From Candidatus Woesebacteria bacterium (lineage in GTDB: Bacteria > Patescibacteriota > Microgenomatia > UBA1400 > PJMF01), in the NCBI GenBank assembly GCA_050123235.1, contig JASFHL010000002.1:79326-143325 (forward strand): a stretch of 64,000 nt of DNA. The letters run 5' to 3'. Position 1 is the first letter of the stretch, and each line of letters begins with the position of its first letter. Shown here one piece after another: positions 10,154 to 20,246 of the stretch. The position numbers were made by a program, and so were the translations under genes. The notes below the pieces were generated by a model that saw nothing but the letters and a program-made list of their open reading frames with translations, ran no database searches and was not told where the DNA came from.

Positions 10154-10774
10154 ATGGCAATTACTTTATATAAACGTCAGCGACAAATTTTGGATTTTAT
10201 TGCTCAATATATCCAAAAGCATGGTTATTCTCCAACTTTGAAAGAAATTGCTAAATGCATTGGTGTCTCATCTCTAGCGACTGTTCATGAGCATTTACAA
10301 GCATTAGAAAGAAAAAAAGTTATTAAACGACAAAGTGGCACAGTTAGAGGAATTGAATTAATTGATAGAACCTTTCTTAAACTAACAGAAAGTGTTGACC
10401 TGCCACTTTTAGGTTATATTGCTGCTGGTTCACCAATTGAACCTCACAGCGACCCTAATGCTACTTTTAAAGTTTCCCCTGAAATGATCAGCGGCAAAAG
10501 ACGGGCTTATACCCTCCAAGTTAAAGGCAAATCAATGATTGAGGATCATATCGATGATGGCGACTATGTAGTAATAGAAGAAACTCAAGATATTAATAAT
10601 GGGGATATTGTCGTGGCCCTTTTAGATAATGGCCTAGCTACTTTAAAACGTTTTTATAAAGAAGTAACTAGAATTAGATTAGAGCCAGCTAATTCTTCAA
10701 TGAGTCCAATTTATGCTACTAATGTTCAAATTCAAGGTAGAGTGGTAGGTTTAATCAGAAAATTTAAATATTAA
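10154..10774 (+). CDS. lexA: SOS repressor LexA
   Basis: N-terminal wHTH (GYSPTLKEIA), Ala-Gly cleavage site IAAGSP, Ser (GKSM) and Lys (ATLKRF) catalytic residues. Confidence 0.96.
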   Translation: MAITLYKRQRQILDFIAQYIQKHGYSPTLKEIAKCIGVSSLATVHEHLQALERKKVIKRQSGTVRGIELIDRTFLKLTESVDLPLLGYIAAGSPIEPHSDPNATFKVSPEMISGKRRAYTLQVKGKSMIEDHIDDGDYVVIEETQDINNGDIVVALLDNGLATLKRFYKEVTRIRLEPANSSMSPIYATNVQIQGRVVGLIRKFKY

Positions 10775-10858
10775 TATTTGTTCATTGTAATTATTGCGAA
10801 ACGAAGATTCGAGTTGCAGTTTTAACATTTACTATAAATAAAAATAGTAAATGTAAAC

Positions 10859-11410
10859 TTAATTACTTTTAAATTTTTTTTCAGAATAATTCAAACTCCA
10901 ATTCACAAAACATCTCAATACATAAAGATAGTCAGACAAACGATTAGCTATTTTTAGAATTAAAGGTCTAATAGTCTCTTTTTTCGACAAAGCTATCAGA
11001 CTCCGTTCAAAGCGTCTAGCTACTGTCCGAGCTATATCTAAAAAAACTGCTAATTCAGTTCCTCCAGGAAGTAAGAATCGCTGATGCCAATTCTCTTTCA
11101 TTCTTTTTTGCAAATCCTCTGAGTTCTTTTCTAACTTATTTAAAACAGTAATACTTAGTTTGGCTTTTGGAGATTGGGCTAGTTCAGCACCTAAAACAAA
11201 AAATTCTTTTTGAAGATAAATTAAAAATTTTTGTTCTTCTTTAAAATTAGACCCCAGCTTAGTCAACAATAGACCTAACCATGAATTTAGCTCATCCAAA
11301 TTACCAATTACTTCAAAAATTAAATCATCTTTAGCTCTCCTCTCACCATTGGCTAAAGCAGATTTACCATCATCACCACCTTTTGTAGAAATATTAATCA
11401 TATTTATCAT
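10859..11410 (-). CDS. ATP:cob(I)alamin adenosyltransferase (PduO type)
   Basis: STKGGDDGKS, GNLDELNS, RTVARRFER, NRLSDYLY. Confidence 0.9.
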   Translation of the reverse strand: MINMINISTKGGDDGKSALANGERRAKDDLIFEVIGNLDELNSWLGLLLTKLGSNFKEEQKFLIYLQKEFFVLGAELAQSPKAKLSITVLNKLEKNSEDLQKRMKENWHQRFLLPGGTELAVFLDIARTVARRFERSLIALSKKETIRPLILKIANRLSDYLYVLRCFVNWSLNYSEKKFKSN

Positions 11411-11476
11411 TGTTTTTATCCTAACATAAAAATTAACACTTTCATTTCGATAAAATTACGGTTAAAATGAATACCC

Positions 11477-13171
11477 ATGAGCATTCATGGACTATTGACT
11501 AATAAGAAAAAAAATAAAACCAAATTTATTTTTGTATCAGGCGGAGTTTTAAGTGGTTTAGGAAAAGGTATTACTGCTGCCTCGTTAGGGGTACTGCTCA
11601 AAGAACAAGGCTATTCTGTTACCAACCTCAAGTGTGAAAATTATCTTAATATTGATTCAGGTAATATAAACCCTGTGGAACATGGTGATGTCTTTCTCTG
11701 CGAAGATGGTCTAGAAGCTGATTTGGATCTTGGTTCTTATGAAAGATTTCTTTCTCAAGAAGTAGGTTATAAAAATTTCACTACCATGGGACAGATTTAT
11801 TCCACTGTTATTCAGAAAACCAAAGACCTTCAATTCAACGGGATAACAGTTGATGCTATTCCCTATGTACCAGAAGAAGCAATCAGACGAATCTATCAAG
11901 CTGCTGAGGGGTTTGATATTATTCTGGTCGAATTAGGTGGCACCGCTGGGGAATATCAAAATGTTATTTATTATGAAGCTTATAGAATCATGAAGATGAA
12001 AAATCCTGAAGATGTAATTCATATTCATGTTACTTATTTCCCAACTCCAGCGAATATCAATGAATTAAAATCCAAACCGACTCAATTATCTGTCAAAACC
12101 CTAAACTCTATGGGTATTCAACCAGACTTTATTGTGGGCAGAGCTAGATTGCCAATTGATGACAAACGCAAAGAAAAAGTAGCTTACCATTGCAACTTAA
12201 AAAAAGAAAATGTAATCTCAAATCCTGATTGTGAGAGTATTTATCAAATTCCGCTTACTTTTCATGAGCAAGAATTTGATATCAAAGTCTTAAATCTTTT
12301 GGGCTTGAAATCTAAAAAAACCAAACTCACATCTTGGAGAAAACTAATTGAAAGAATTTTTGCTAAAAAACAAGAAAAAATTAAGATCGCTATTATTGCT
12401 AAATACATTGCTACTGGTGATTATGAACTTAAAGATTCCTATACTTCCTTAATCGAAGCACTGCAGCATGCTGCTTGGCAAAATAGATTAGATTTAGAAT
12501 TGTTATTTGTCAAAGCAGAAGGATTAGAAAAAAAACGAAAATCAGAAATCAAAAAACTCAAAGATGCCCAAGGGGTAATTGTACCAATTGGTTGGGGAGA
12601 GAGAGGTGTAGAAGGAAAAATTAATGCCATTCAATATGCTAGGGAAAATAAAATTCCTTATTTAGGCCTTTGTTATGGTATGCAATTGGCTGCTATTGAA
12701 TTCGCTCGCCATGTAGTGAAGCTCAAGGGTGCTCATACTACTGAAGTCAACCCTGCTGCCGATCACCCGATTATTCACCAAATTCCATTTGAAGCTAAAT
12801 ATCAAACAATCAAAGGTCAAGGTGCTAGTATGAGACTAGGTGCTTATGACTGTGTTTTGAAAACAAATAGTTTAGCTTATTATATTTATAAAAGCCATCA
12901 GGCTTTTAAAAACCCAAAAGAAAATTTAATTTCCGAACGTCACCGCCATCGCTTTGAATTTAACAATGCCTATAGAAATCAACTTGAATCAGCTGGGTTT
13001 ATTATCTCTGGAACTAGCCCTGATGATTTTTTTGTAGAAATGATTGAACTGCCAAAAAAACTACATCCTTTCTTTTTGGCTACTCAGGCTCATCCAGAAT
13101 ACAAATCAAGACCATTAAAACCTCATCCTATTTTTATTGAGTATCTCAAAGCAGTGGCAAAACACAAGTAA
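11477..13171 (+). CDS. pyrG: CTP synthase
   Basis: GGVLSGLGKG, DLDLGSYERF, KSKPTQ, GLCYGMQ, ERHRHRFE, QAHPE. Confidence 0.97.
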   Translation: MSIHGLLTNKKKNKTKFIFVSGGVLSGLGKGITAASLGVLLKEQGYSVTNLKCENYLNIDSGNINPVEHGDVFLCEDGLEADLDLGSYERFLSQEVGYKNFTTMGQIYSTVIQKTKDLQFNGITVDAIPYVPEEAIRRIYQAAEGFDIILVELGGTAGEYQNVIYYEAYRIMKMKNPEDVIHIHVTYFPTPANINELKSKPTQLSVKTLNSMGIQPDFIVGRARLPIDDKRKEKVAYHCNLKKENVISNPDCESIYQIPLTFHEQEFDIKVLNLLGLKSKKTKLTSWRKLIERIFAKKQEKIKIAIIAKYIATGDYELKDSYTSLIEALQHAAWQNRLDLELLFVKAEGLEKKRKSEIKKLKDAQGVIVPIGWGERGVEGKINAIQYARENKIPYLGLCYGMQLAAIEFARHVVKLKGAHTTEVNPAADHPIIHQIPFEAKYQTIKGQGASMRLGAYDCVLKTNSLAYYIYKSHQAFKNPKENLISERHRHRFEFNNAYRNQLESAGFIISGTSPDDFFVEMIELPKKLHPFFLATQAHPEYKSRPLKPHPIFIEYLKAVAKHK

Positions 13172-13173
13172 GC

Positions 13174-13202
13174 TTGCATTCTTGCCTGATTATCAGTAAA
13201 AT
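13174..13202 (+). promoter_or_regulatory. Sigma70-like promoter of rplS
   Basis: TTGCAT -17 nt- TAAAAT. Confidence 0.5.
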
Positions 13203-13216
13203 AACACTTTGCTAAT

Positions 13217-13570
13217 ATGTCTCAATATTTCACTTACCACCAGCAAACCATCAGTAGTGGTGATACTGTCAAAATTCATCAAGAAATCACTGAAGGCAAG
13301 AAAAAAAGAATCCAAGTGTTTGAAGGGATAGTAATTGCTATTAAAAACAGAGGCAGAGGCCAGTCAATCACTGTTAGAAAAATTGGGGCCAATGGTATTG
13401 GAGTAGAAAAAATCTTTCCAGTCTTTTTGCCATCAATCAAAAAAATTGAACTCAAACGCAAAGGAAAAGTCAGAAGAGCTAAACTATACTACCTACGTGA
13501 CAAAATCGGTAAAGCAGCAACTAAAATTAAAGAAAAAAGTACTTTCTCCAAAGCAAGTCTCGCAACATAA
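13217..13570 (+). CDS. rplS: 50S ribosomal protein L19
   Basis: GDTVKIH...RIQVFEG...TVRK...GVEKIFP...[12 protein letters not shown]. Confidence 0.97.
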   Translation: MSQYFTYHQQTISSGDTVKIHQEITEGKKKRIQVFEGIVIAIKNRGRGQSITVRKIGANGIGVEKIFPVFLPSIKKIELKRKGKVRRAKLYYLRDKIGKAATKIKEKSTFSKASLAT

Positions 13571-13913
13571 TTTTAAAACTGGACAAAAAGGTGAAGATAG
13601 AGCCACTATCTTCCTGAAAAGAAAAGGCTATGAGATACTAGCTAAGAATATCAGAGCAAAAACAAAAGAAGTTGACATTATAGCTTTGGATAAAAAAACT
13701 GATGAGCTAGTATTTATTGAAGTCAAGACAAGAAAAACAAGTTTTTATGGCCATCCTAGCTTGGCAGTAAAAAAACATAAATTGCAAAACATGCAACTAG
13801 TGGCTAGAGCTTTTTTACAAAAACAAAACTTAAAAAAAGACTACAGGTTTGATATCATATCAATATTGCCTGGAAAAATTGAGCACTTTGAAAATATAAC
13901 TTGGAATTATTAG
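13446..13913 (+). CDS. yraN: YraN family endonuclease (UPF0102); start uncertain, overlaps rplS
   Basis: GQKGEDRA...GYEILAKN...EVDIIA...LVFIEVKTR...RFDII. Confidence 0.88.
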   Translation: MNSNAKEKSEELNYTTYVTKSVKQQLKLKKKVLSPKQVSQHNFKTGQKGEDRATIFLKRKGYEILAKNIRAKTKEVDIIALDKKTDELVFIEVKTRKTSFYGHPSLAVKKHKLQNMQLVARAFLQKQNLKKDYRFDIISILPGKIEHFENITWNY

Positions 13914-13921
13914 CTTTAAAA

Positions 13922-13996
13922 GGCCCCATCGTCTATCGGCTAGGACATTGGGTTTTCATCCCAAAAAGCGGGGTTCGATTCCCCGTGGGGTCACCA
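13922..13996 (+). tRNA. tRNA-Glu(TTC)
   Basis: Cloverleaf; anticodon arm ttggg-tt-TTC-at-cccaa; T-loop GGTTCGATTCC; CCA encoded. Confidence 0.95.
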
Positions 13997-14080
13997 AAAA
14001 AAAACAAAAATCTTAAAATCATATAAAAAAATCAGTAATCCTAATTTAGGATCTATCAACTTTAATGCTATTATGAAGAC

Positions 14081-14557
14081 ATGAGCTTAAAAAGAGCTAA
14101 ACTGCTCATTTTTTCTATTTTCATCTCTCACCTGGCTGGAATCATTGGCTCATTGGCTACCAGTTCCTCTGTTTCTACTTGGTACCCTAAACTAAACAAG
14201 CCTCTATTTAATCCTCCTAATTGGGTTTTTGCTCCAGTTTGGTTAACTCTTTATACCTTAATGGGAACTTCTCTTTACTTAATTTGGGTCAAGGGATTTA
14301 AAAAGAAAAAAATTGAATTAACTGTTCAAGTTTTTTTTATTCATTTATTTTTTAACTCACTCTGGTCTGTAGTGTTTTTTGGGTTTCAAAATTTAGCTTT
14401 AGCATTTCTAATAATTATTATTCTATGGTTGATGATTGCCTACTTAATTAGGCTATTCTGGCAAATCAATAAAAAAGCAGCATATCTTCTTTTACCATAT
14501 ATTTTATGGGTTAGTTTTGCAGCTTTATTAAATTATTCTATTTGGCAATTGAATTAA
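14081..14557 (+). CDS. tspO: TspO/MBR family tryptophan-rich sensory protein
   Basis: WYPKLNKPLFNPPNWVFAPVW...LLLPYILWVSFA; five hydrophobic segments. Confidence 0.93.
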   Translation: MSLKRAKLLIFSIFISHLAGIIGSLATSSSVSTWYPKLNKPLFNPPNWVFAPVWLTLYTLMGTSLYLIWVKGFKKKKIELTVQVFFIHLFFNSLWSVVFFGFQNLALAFLIIIILWLMIAYLIRLFWQINKKAAYLLLPYILWVSFAALLNYSIWQLN

Positions 14558-14589
14558 AGTAGGTATAAAAATCATCCAATTATGAAATC

Positions 14590-15543
14590 TTAAATCCCAG
14601 CATATCTCTCTAATAATTTAATTGACGGTAGACTGTTATGCGAAATTTTATACGCAGCTGCAGCATTAGCAAATTTAACTGCTTGGTGAACTGATTTTTT
14701 CATTTCTAAAGCTTTAATAAAAGCTGCATTAAAACAATCACCAGCTCCAACAGTATTGACAGTTTTTACCTTTAATCCAGGGACAAGAAACTCTTCTTTG
14801 GAAACTTTTGCTCTAGCTCCTTTTTCAGCTCGCTTTACGACCAAAATCTGATTTTTATTAGGCTTATATTTGTCCCACGCCTTTTTAAAATCCCCTGCAC
14901 CCCAAATTAAAGAAAACTCGGTTTCACTAGGAAGATATATTTCTGAATTTTTAACTATTTTACGTAATTTACTGATTTCTTGCTGTGAAGCATTATTGGT
15001 GACACGGCCGTGATCTAAGACTACTTTTACATTATTATCATGAGCAAGGTCTAATAACTTTTCATAAAAGGGAATTAACTGTTTAAGTTTAAAAAAACCA
15101 GACAAATAAAGATACTTCACTTTTGGAATATTTTTCTTTAGCAAAGTCAAAATATCTGAAGCTTTTAGATTTTGATTTGCTGAACCAACTACTGTCATCA
15201 GTGTTTTGCCAGCGTTATTAACATAATTGATGCCAAGGTTTGTAGATACAGTCTTTTCTTCAATCAGAGCAGGAAAAATACCTTCTACTTTAAATAACTG
15301 TTTTAATATGTCCCCTGGAATATCTTGTCCTATTTTGCCAACAAAAATAGGATATAAGTTGAGTTTTGCTGTAATTTTAGCAATGATAACAGCAGAACCT
15401 CCCAATGCAATTTCATATTCTTTACCAACTGTTTCTGTTTCAGCTTTTAAAGCATCCGTGAAAGGAAAGTCTAAAGAATTAATATCAAGATAAAGCGAAC
15501 CCAATGAGAGTAGAGTGTATTGTGATGGTTTTTTCTTTGACAT
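14590..15543 (-). CDS. PfkB family carbohydrate kinase
   Basis: GGSA, GKIGQDIPG, NTVGAGDCFNAAF. Confidence 0.9.
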   Translation of the reverse strand: MSKKKPSQYTLLSLGSLYLDINSLDFPFTDALKAETETVGKEYEIALGGSAVIIAKITAKLNLYPIFVGKIGQDIPGDILKQLFKVEGIFPALIEEKTVSTNLGINYVNNAGKTLMTVVGSANQNLKASDILTLLKKNIPKVKYLYLSGFFKLKQLIPFYEKLLDLAHDNNVKVVLDHGRVTNNASQQEISKLRKIVKNSEIYLPSETEFSLIWGAGDFKKAWDKYKPNKNQILVVKRAEKGARAKVSKEEFLVPGLKVKTVNTVGAGDCFNAAFIKALEMKKSVHQAVKFANAAAAYKISHNSLPSIKLLERYAGI

Positions 15544-15640
15544 AGGAACTTTAATCACTAAATAAATCTTAAGATAATTGTATTATATTTAAATAAATTT
15601 AGCTTTTCTATTTCAAAACATAACATCATCCAAAAAATTC

Positions 15641-15670
15641 TTGACAGTGTTCTGATTGCAGTTTTATACT
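15641..15670 (+). promoter_or_regulatory. Sigma70-like promoter of the Hsp20 gene
   Basis: TTGACA -18 nt- TATACT; AAAGGAG RBS upstream of ATG 15709. Confidence 0.65.
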
Positions 15671-15708
15671 GTTTCCAAGATCTAATAAATATTAATAAAA
15701 GGAGCTAT

Positions 15709-16125
15709 ATGTCACTCATAAAACTTAATCCAGTACTCAGCTCTCTGAATAGATGGCCTGATTTTTGGGATGAAGATTTCCCTTCTTTAAATACATCAGC
15801 TTCAAATAATCTAGATGTTTATGAAACTAATGATGAAGTAATTGTTAAGGCTAATGTAGCTGGCGTACCATCAGATAAGATTGATGTTACTTATGAAAAA
15901 GGTGTTTTATGGATCAAAGCTGAGAAAGTAGAAGAAACTGATGATAAAGATAAAAAACATTATAGTAAATCATCATGGAATTATTCTTATAGAGTCGCAG
16001 TACCAGGTGTACTAAATCACAATATAGAACCAGAAGCAGAAGTTGACAATGGAGTCATCACAGTTACTTTCAAAAAGGCTGCAGAGGCTAAACCAAAAAA
16101 ACTTTCTGTTAAGTCAAAGAAATAG
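15709..16125 (+). CDS. Hsp20/alpha-crystallin small heat shock protein
   Basis: LDVYET...VKANVAGV...AEVDNGVITVTFKK. Confidence 0.92.
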   Translation: MSLIKLNPVLSSLNRWPDFWDEDFPSLNTSASNNLDVYETNDEVIVKANVAGVPSDKIDVTYEKGVLWIKAEKVEETDDKDKKHYSKSSWNYSYRVAVPGVLNHNIEPEAEVDNGVITVTFKKAAEAKPKKLSVKSKK

Positions 16126-16178
16126 TAAATTATCCCAGATATACTTATTTCTATACTTAGCAAAGTATTAAATGACTG

Positions 16179-16646
16179 CTATTTATCACAGTCGCATTTA
16201 TTAATCGCCAGTTTCATCAGTAATGCTTGTGCCAAATCAAAAACAAGAGCTAAAACAACTACTACCTTCCACGAGCTAATTCCCATTCCCAATTGCTCTG
16301 CAAATCTTGCTACTAGCCAAAGAGCGCCTGCATTAATAAAGAAGTGAAGCACTGACCAATGGAGACAAGTTAACTTTATCTTTAATTGCTCAGATATAAA
16401 TTCAATGACAGGAGTAGCAGCGACTACAATCAAAGTAAAAGTGATCATACTATTAACTAAAGCAGCTATGGGTGAAAAAACATGAGTTCCTAGAATCACA
16501 GCTTCCTTAAACCACATACTTGCGACATAAATAATCACACTATGTACTAGCAGAAACAAACCAAACATCACGGTCAATTGCTTGGCTGTTAAGTTACAAG
16601 TACAGACTGCTGCTTTTATTTTCTTGCCTTTTTTCTTTTTGGGCAT
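16179..16646 (-). CDS. Four-TM membrane protein, resembling the YvlD/phage holin superfamily IV family
   Basis: Four hydrophobic segments; FFINAGALWLVA...GISSWKVVVVLALV is YvlD-like. Confidence 0.55.
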   Translation of the reverse strand: MPKKKKGKKIKAAVCTCNLTAKQLTVMFGLFLLVHSVIIYVASMWFKEAVILGTHVFSPIAALVNSMITFTLIVVAATPVIEFISEQLKIKLTCLHWSVLHFFINAGALWLVARFAEQLGMGISSWKVVVVLALVFDLAQALLMKLAINKCDCDK

Positions 16647-16830
16647 TGTGTCCTTTCTCTAAAAAACTCTTATATCAGATATCTTACTCATACTTGCTTA
16701 AAAAAATCAATCTATATTAAAAAAGTCTAAACTAAAAAATGACCTCTTGATCTGAAAAATTCATAACTTAGTTCTGATAGCTTTTTAAAAAAATGTTAAG
16801 ATAGTAAAAATATATTAAAAGGAACTCAAT

Positions 16831-17409
16831 ATGTCTCTTACCAACTCGACCATGCTTCCACTTGGCACTAAAGCCATTGATTTTTCATTACCAGCTACTA
16901 CTGGCCGAGTTTCGCTGACAGATTTTAAAGATAATAAGGTCTTGACTATCGCCTTTATTTGCAATCATTGTCCTTATGTCAAACACATTCTCAACGGATT
17001 CATTAGTCTTGCCAGAGAATATCAAAGTAAAGGAGTAGCTTTTGTGGCAATTAATTCCAATGATGCCAAAGCTTACCCAGAAGATAGTTTTGAAAAAATG
17101 CAAGAAATAGCTAAAAAGATTGGTTTTCCATTTCCATACCTTTATGATGAACTGCAAGAAGTGGCAAAAAAATACAAGGCAGCTTGTACTCCAGATTTTT
17201 ATATTTTTGACCAAGACAGAAAACTAGTTTATAGAGGGCAAATGGACAATAGTAGACCTGGTAATACCGAAGCAGTCACTGGATCAGACCTGCGTACAGC
17301 CCTAGATGCTGTTTTAGCTGACAAAAAAGTTAATCCAGAACAAAAACCTAGCTCTGGCTGTAACATTAAGTGGAAAGTAGAGAATGCTCCTGACTATTTT
17401 AAGCCTTAA
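16831..17409 (+). CDS. Thioredoxin-fold redoxin (AhpC/TSA family)
   Basis: FICNHCPYV, AACTPDF, YRGQMD, PSSGCNIKWK. Confidence 0.93.
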   Translation: MSLTNSTMLPLGTKAIDFSLPATTGRVSLTDFKDNKVLTIAFICNHCPYVKHILNGFISLAREYQSKGVAFVAINSNDAKAYPEDSFEKMQEIAKKIGFPFPYLYDELQEVAKKYKAACTPDFYIFDQDRKLVYRGQMDNSRPGNTEAVTGSDLRTALDAVLADKKVNPEQKPSSGCNIKWKVENAPDYFKP

Positions 17410-17438
17410 TTGATAAACTTTTTATAAAATAAACTAAT

Positions 17439-17720
17439 TTAAAAGGGCAATTCACCAGCATCTTCCAAATCTTCTAGATCATTAACTTCTTCCAAATCAG
17501 TATCATCTTCTAAGGCAGAATATTTATCCTTTATTTCTTCAATTTCATTCTTCATATTCTTGAGTTTGCCTTTCAAAAATTTAGCCAGTTCCAATCCTCG
17601 TTTGAACTTAAGCATACTTGTTTCTAGATCAACTTTACCTTCTTCAAATTCTGCCACTATTGCTTCTAATTCTGCAAAAGCTTTATTCATATCCAATTGT
17701 TTACGCTGTTTTTTTTTCAT
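17439..17720 (-). CDS. xseB: Exodeoxyribonuclease VII small subunit
   Basis: AFAELEAIVAEFEEGKVDLETSMLKFKRGLEL; directly downstream of xseA. Confidence 0.9.
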   Translation of the reverse strand: MKKKQRKQLDMNKAFAELEAIVAEFEEGKVDLETSMLKFKRGLELAKFLKGKLKNMKNEIEEIKDKYSALEDDTDLEEVNDLEDLEDAGELPF

Positions 17721-17736
17721 AAAATTCCTTTGATTA

Positions 17737-18996
17737 TTAATTTTTATCAATTTTTTTTATTTGAGAAACAAAAACTCCATCTACCAAATAGGTTGAAAGC
17801 ATAGTTTCTTTTTTCAAATCAGTCACAGAGCGGACTAACTGTCCCTTTTCATCTTTACTAAAACTAAAACCTCTTTTTAAAACTTTTCTATAATCTAAAT
17901 TACTTAATAGTCTCTCTAGATTATCTAATTCCTGTATCTTTTCTTTGAGTAATCCTCTTGCCAAAGTAAGTAACTTATCCGTTTTGCTTTTCAAAGCTTG
18001 TTTGTTTAAACCTAATTTCTTTTCTCTTATAAATAAAGCCTGCCTTAATTTTCTCAGCAAGCTAAAAAATCTACTCAACTGTTTTTCAAAAAAATTAATC
18101 AATATCCTAACCTGATAATCAATCACTTCTCCTGCCTCTCTTAATAAAATTTCAAGACTGCTTTCTAGTTTCAAAACAAGATGCCTCAGCTCAGCTGCAA
18201 TTGCCTGTCTGCTAACCACCAGCAATTCCGCTGCATTAGAAGGCGTGGAGGCTCTGACATCTGCCACCAGATCTGTTAAAGCAATATCTTCTTCATGACC
18301 AATCCCACTGATAACTGGGATTTTACTGGCAAAGACTGCCCTGGCTACTGCTTCATCATTAAAACTGAGCAAATCTTCTAAAGATCCACCTCCTCGAGTT
18401 AAAACTATGGCATCTAAATTTAACTTCTTTTGCTGAGAATTAAGATATTTAAAGGCTAACAAGAGTGACTTAACACTGTTCTTTCCTTGCACATTAACCG
18501 GATAAAAATAAATTTTCAGACCACCCATTCTGGCTGATAAAATTTTAACAAAATCACTATAAGCCATAGAACCCTTGGCAGTAATTAAGCCTATCTTTTG
18601 TGGAAACTTAATTATTGTTCTTTTTCTAGCTGCATCAAATAAACCTTCTGCCATCAATTTGGTTTTGAGTTTCTCATAGGCTAATTTCAAAGCTCCTTCT
18701 CCAGCAGGAATAATTTGCTTGGCATTAAGACTAAAACGACTGCTTTTCTGATGTAAATTGGGTCGTCCATAAACATGAACTTTCATGCCTTCTTCTAGAG
18801 CATTCAAAGTAGAAATCTCATAAACTGGAGCAAAAACATTAAGACTGGCCCTGTCATCTTTAATAGTAATAAATAACCATTTACCTTGATTGATTTTTAA
18901 TTCACTAATCTCACCTTCCACCACTACCTCACCCAATGCTTTGAGGTGAGTATCGATCATGTGATTAAATTGTTGAACCTGCAAAATTTTTTCCAT
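17737..18996 (-). CDS. xseA: Exodeoxyribonuclease VII large subunit
   Basis: VEGEIS, GEGAL, RGGGSLEDL, GIGHEED, ASTPSNAAE. Start placed at ATG 18996. Confidence 0.95.
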   Translation of the reverse strand: MEKILQVQQFNHMIDTHLKALGEVVVEGEISELKINQGKWLFITIKDDRASLNVFAPVYEISTLNALEEGMKVHVYGRPNLHQKSSRFSLNAKQIIPAGEGALKLAYEKLKTKLMAEGLFDAARKRTIIKFPQKIGLITAKGSMAYSDFVKILSARMGGLKIYFYPVNVQGKNSVKSLLLAFKYLNSQQKKLNLDAIVLTRGGGSLEDLLSFNDEAVARAVFASKIPVISGIGHEEDIALTDLVADVRASTPSNAAELLVVSRQAIAAELRHLVLKLESSLEILLREAGEVIDYQVRILINFFEKQLSRFFSLLRKLRQALFIREKKLGLNKQALKSKTDKLLTLARGLLKEKIQELDNLERLLSNLDYRKVLKRGFSFSKDEKGQLVRSVTDLKKETMLSTYLVDGVFVSQIKKIDKN

Positions 18997-19109
18997 GATA
19001 ATTGAAATTATAAACAATTCCTTAAAGCAAACTGCATTATAAGGCAACCCTTTATATCTTGGAAAGCTCAAGTTATAATGCTAATAAATTTTTTAAATTA
19101 TTGAATCTT

Positions 19110-19183
19110 GGCGCGGTACCAGAGTGGCCTAATGGCGAGGTCTGCAAAACCTTCGTTCGCGGGTTCGAATCCCGCCCGCGTCT
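19110..19183 (+). tRNA. tRNA-Cys(GCA)
   Basis: Cloverleaf; anticodon arm gaggt-ct-GCA-aa-acctt; GGTTCGAATCC. Confidence 0.95.
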
Positions 19184-19303
19184 CAATTTGAAAACATTCT
19201 CAACTACCTCTCTTCATCTTTTTCCTAAAAGCCATAGTTTCATCTAATGAAAATTTCATATACAATATTTTAATAATTAATAGTTACTTCAATTAAAGTA
19301 GTC

Positions 19304-20221
19304 ATGAACAAAATTAAAATTTTCTTTTACGCTTTTATTAACTCTTTTAAACCTAGCTATTATAAAGATGTGATTAAGGCGAAATTTTCTTTTTCGCTCA
19401 AATACTTTGCCTTTCTTCACTTATTACTTTCATTGGTTTTGGCTTTCTCTGTACTAATACCACTTTCAAAACTAGATGCAAAAGATATTGCCAATAAACT
19501 GAGCACTATTTATCCAGAAGAATTAGAGATCACTGTAGGAGGAGATGGCCTTTCTATCAACCAAGAGCTTCCCTATGTGGTTGATCTACCTTCTAGTCTT
19601 TTTGATCAAGATTCAGCACTTGCTGAGGAATTTCCGTCTAGTTTCCATATAGCAACTTTTGATTCTGATGAAAACATTAAAGGCATTAGTGATGTTCTTC
19701 AAAGAAACTCTATGCTGGTTATCACTGAATCCACTGTTTATGCTTTAAAAGATGCTAAAACCCATGAACTAAGAGTGATGCAGATTGAACCTCGCAGAGA
19801 AACTATTCGCTTTAGCAAAGATGAAGTAGATCTATTTAAAAATCAAATTTTAAAATCTTCTATTATTAAATTTAAACTCTATATCCCGTTAATCATCTTA
19901 GTTATTTTTATCCTTGTCTTTTCATTGATGACTATTGGTAGAATGATTACTATATTCTTCTTTGCTATAGTTGCTCATTTCCTAGCACAGCTTTTCTTTA
20001 AAGCTAAACAACTCTCTTACAAAAAGACTTTCCAACTGATGTTGCACTCTAGTACACTAGTCATTATAGCCCAAGAAGCTTTGAAAAAATTAAATTTAAG
20101 CTACTTAAATGGCTGGAATTATTTTTTCATCCTTTTAACCTGGACAATTTATTTATTCACTCAATTACAAGACGCCACTGCTACTAAAAAAGCAAGTACT
20201 AACAAAAAAAATAAAAAATAA
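19304..20221 (+). CDS. DUF1189-like membrane protein
   Basis: N-terminal TM, soluble loop, C-terminal TMs with LSYKKTFQLMLHSST. Confidence 0.65.
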   Translation: MNKIKIFFYAFINSFKPSYYKDVIKAKFSFSLKYFAFLHLLLSLVLAFSVLIPLSKLDAKDIANKLSTIYPEELEITVGGDGLSINQELPYVVDLPSSLFDQDSALAEEFPSSFHIATFDSDENIKGISDVLQRNSMLVITESTVYALKDAKTHELRVMQIEPRRETIRFSKDEVDLFKNQILKSSIIKFKLYIPLIILVIFILVFSLMTIGRMITIFFFAIVAHFLAQLFFKAKQLSYKKTFQLMLHSSTLVIIAQEALKKLNLSYLNGWNYFFILLTWTIYLFTQLQDATATKKASTNKKNKK

Positions 20222-20246
20222 TTATTATTTATAGTATAATCAACTT

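Noticed and set aside
15640-15670. CIRCE/HrcA operator upstream of Hsp20
   Set aside because: No TTAGCACTC-N9-GAGTGCTAA inverted repeat; only a sigma70-type promoter is visible.
16179-16646. Holin-like gene as evidence of a prophage
   Set aside because: No phage genes nearby; this family is commonly chromosomal.
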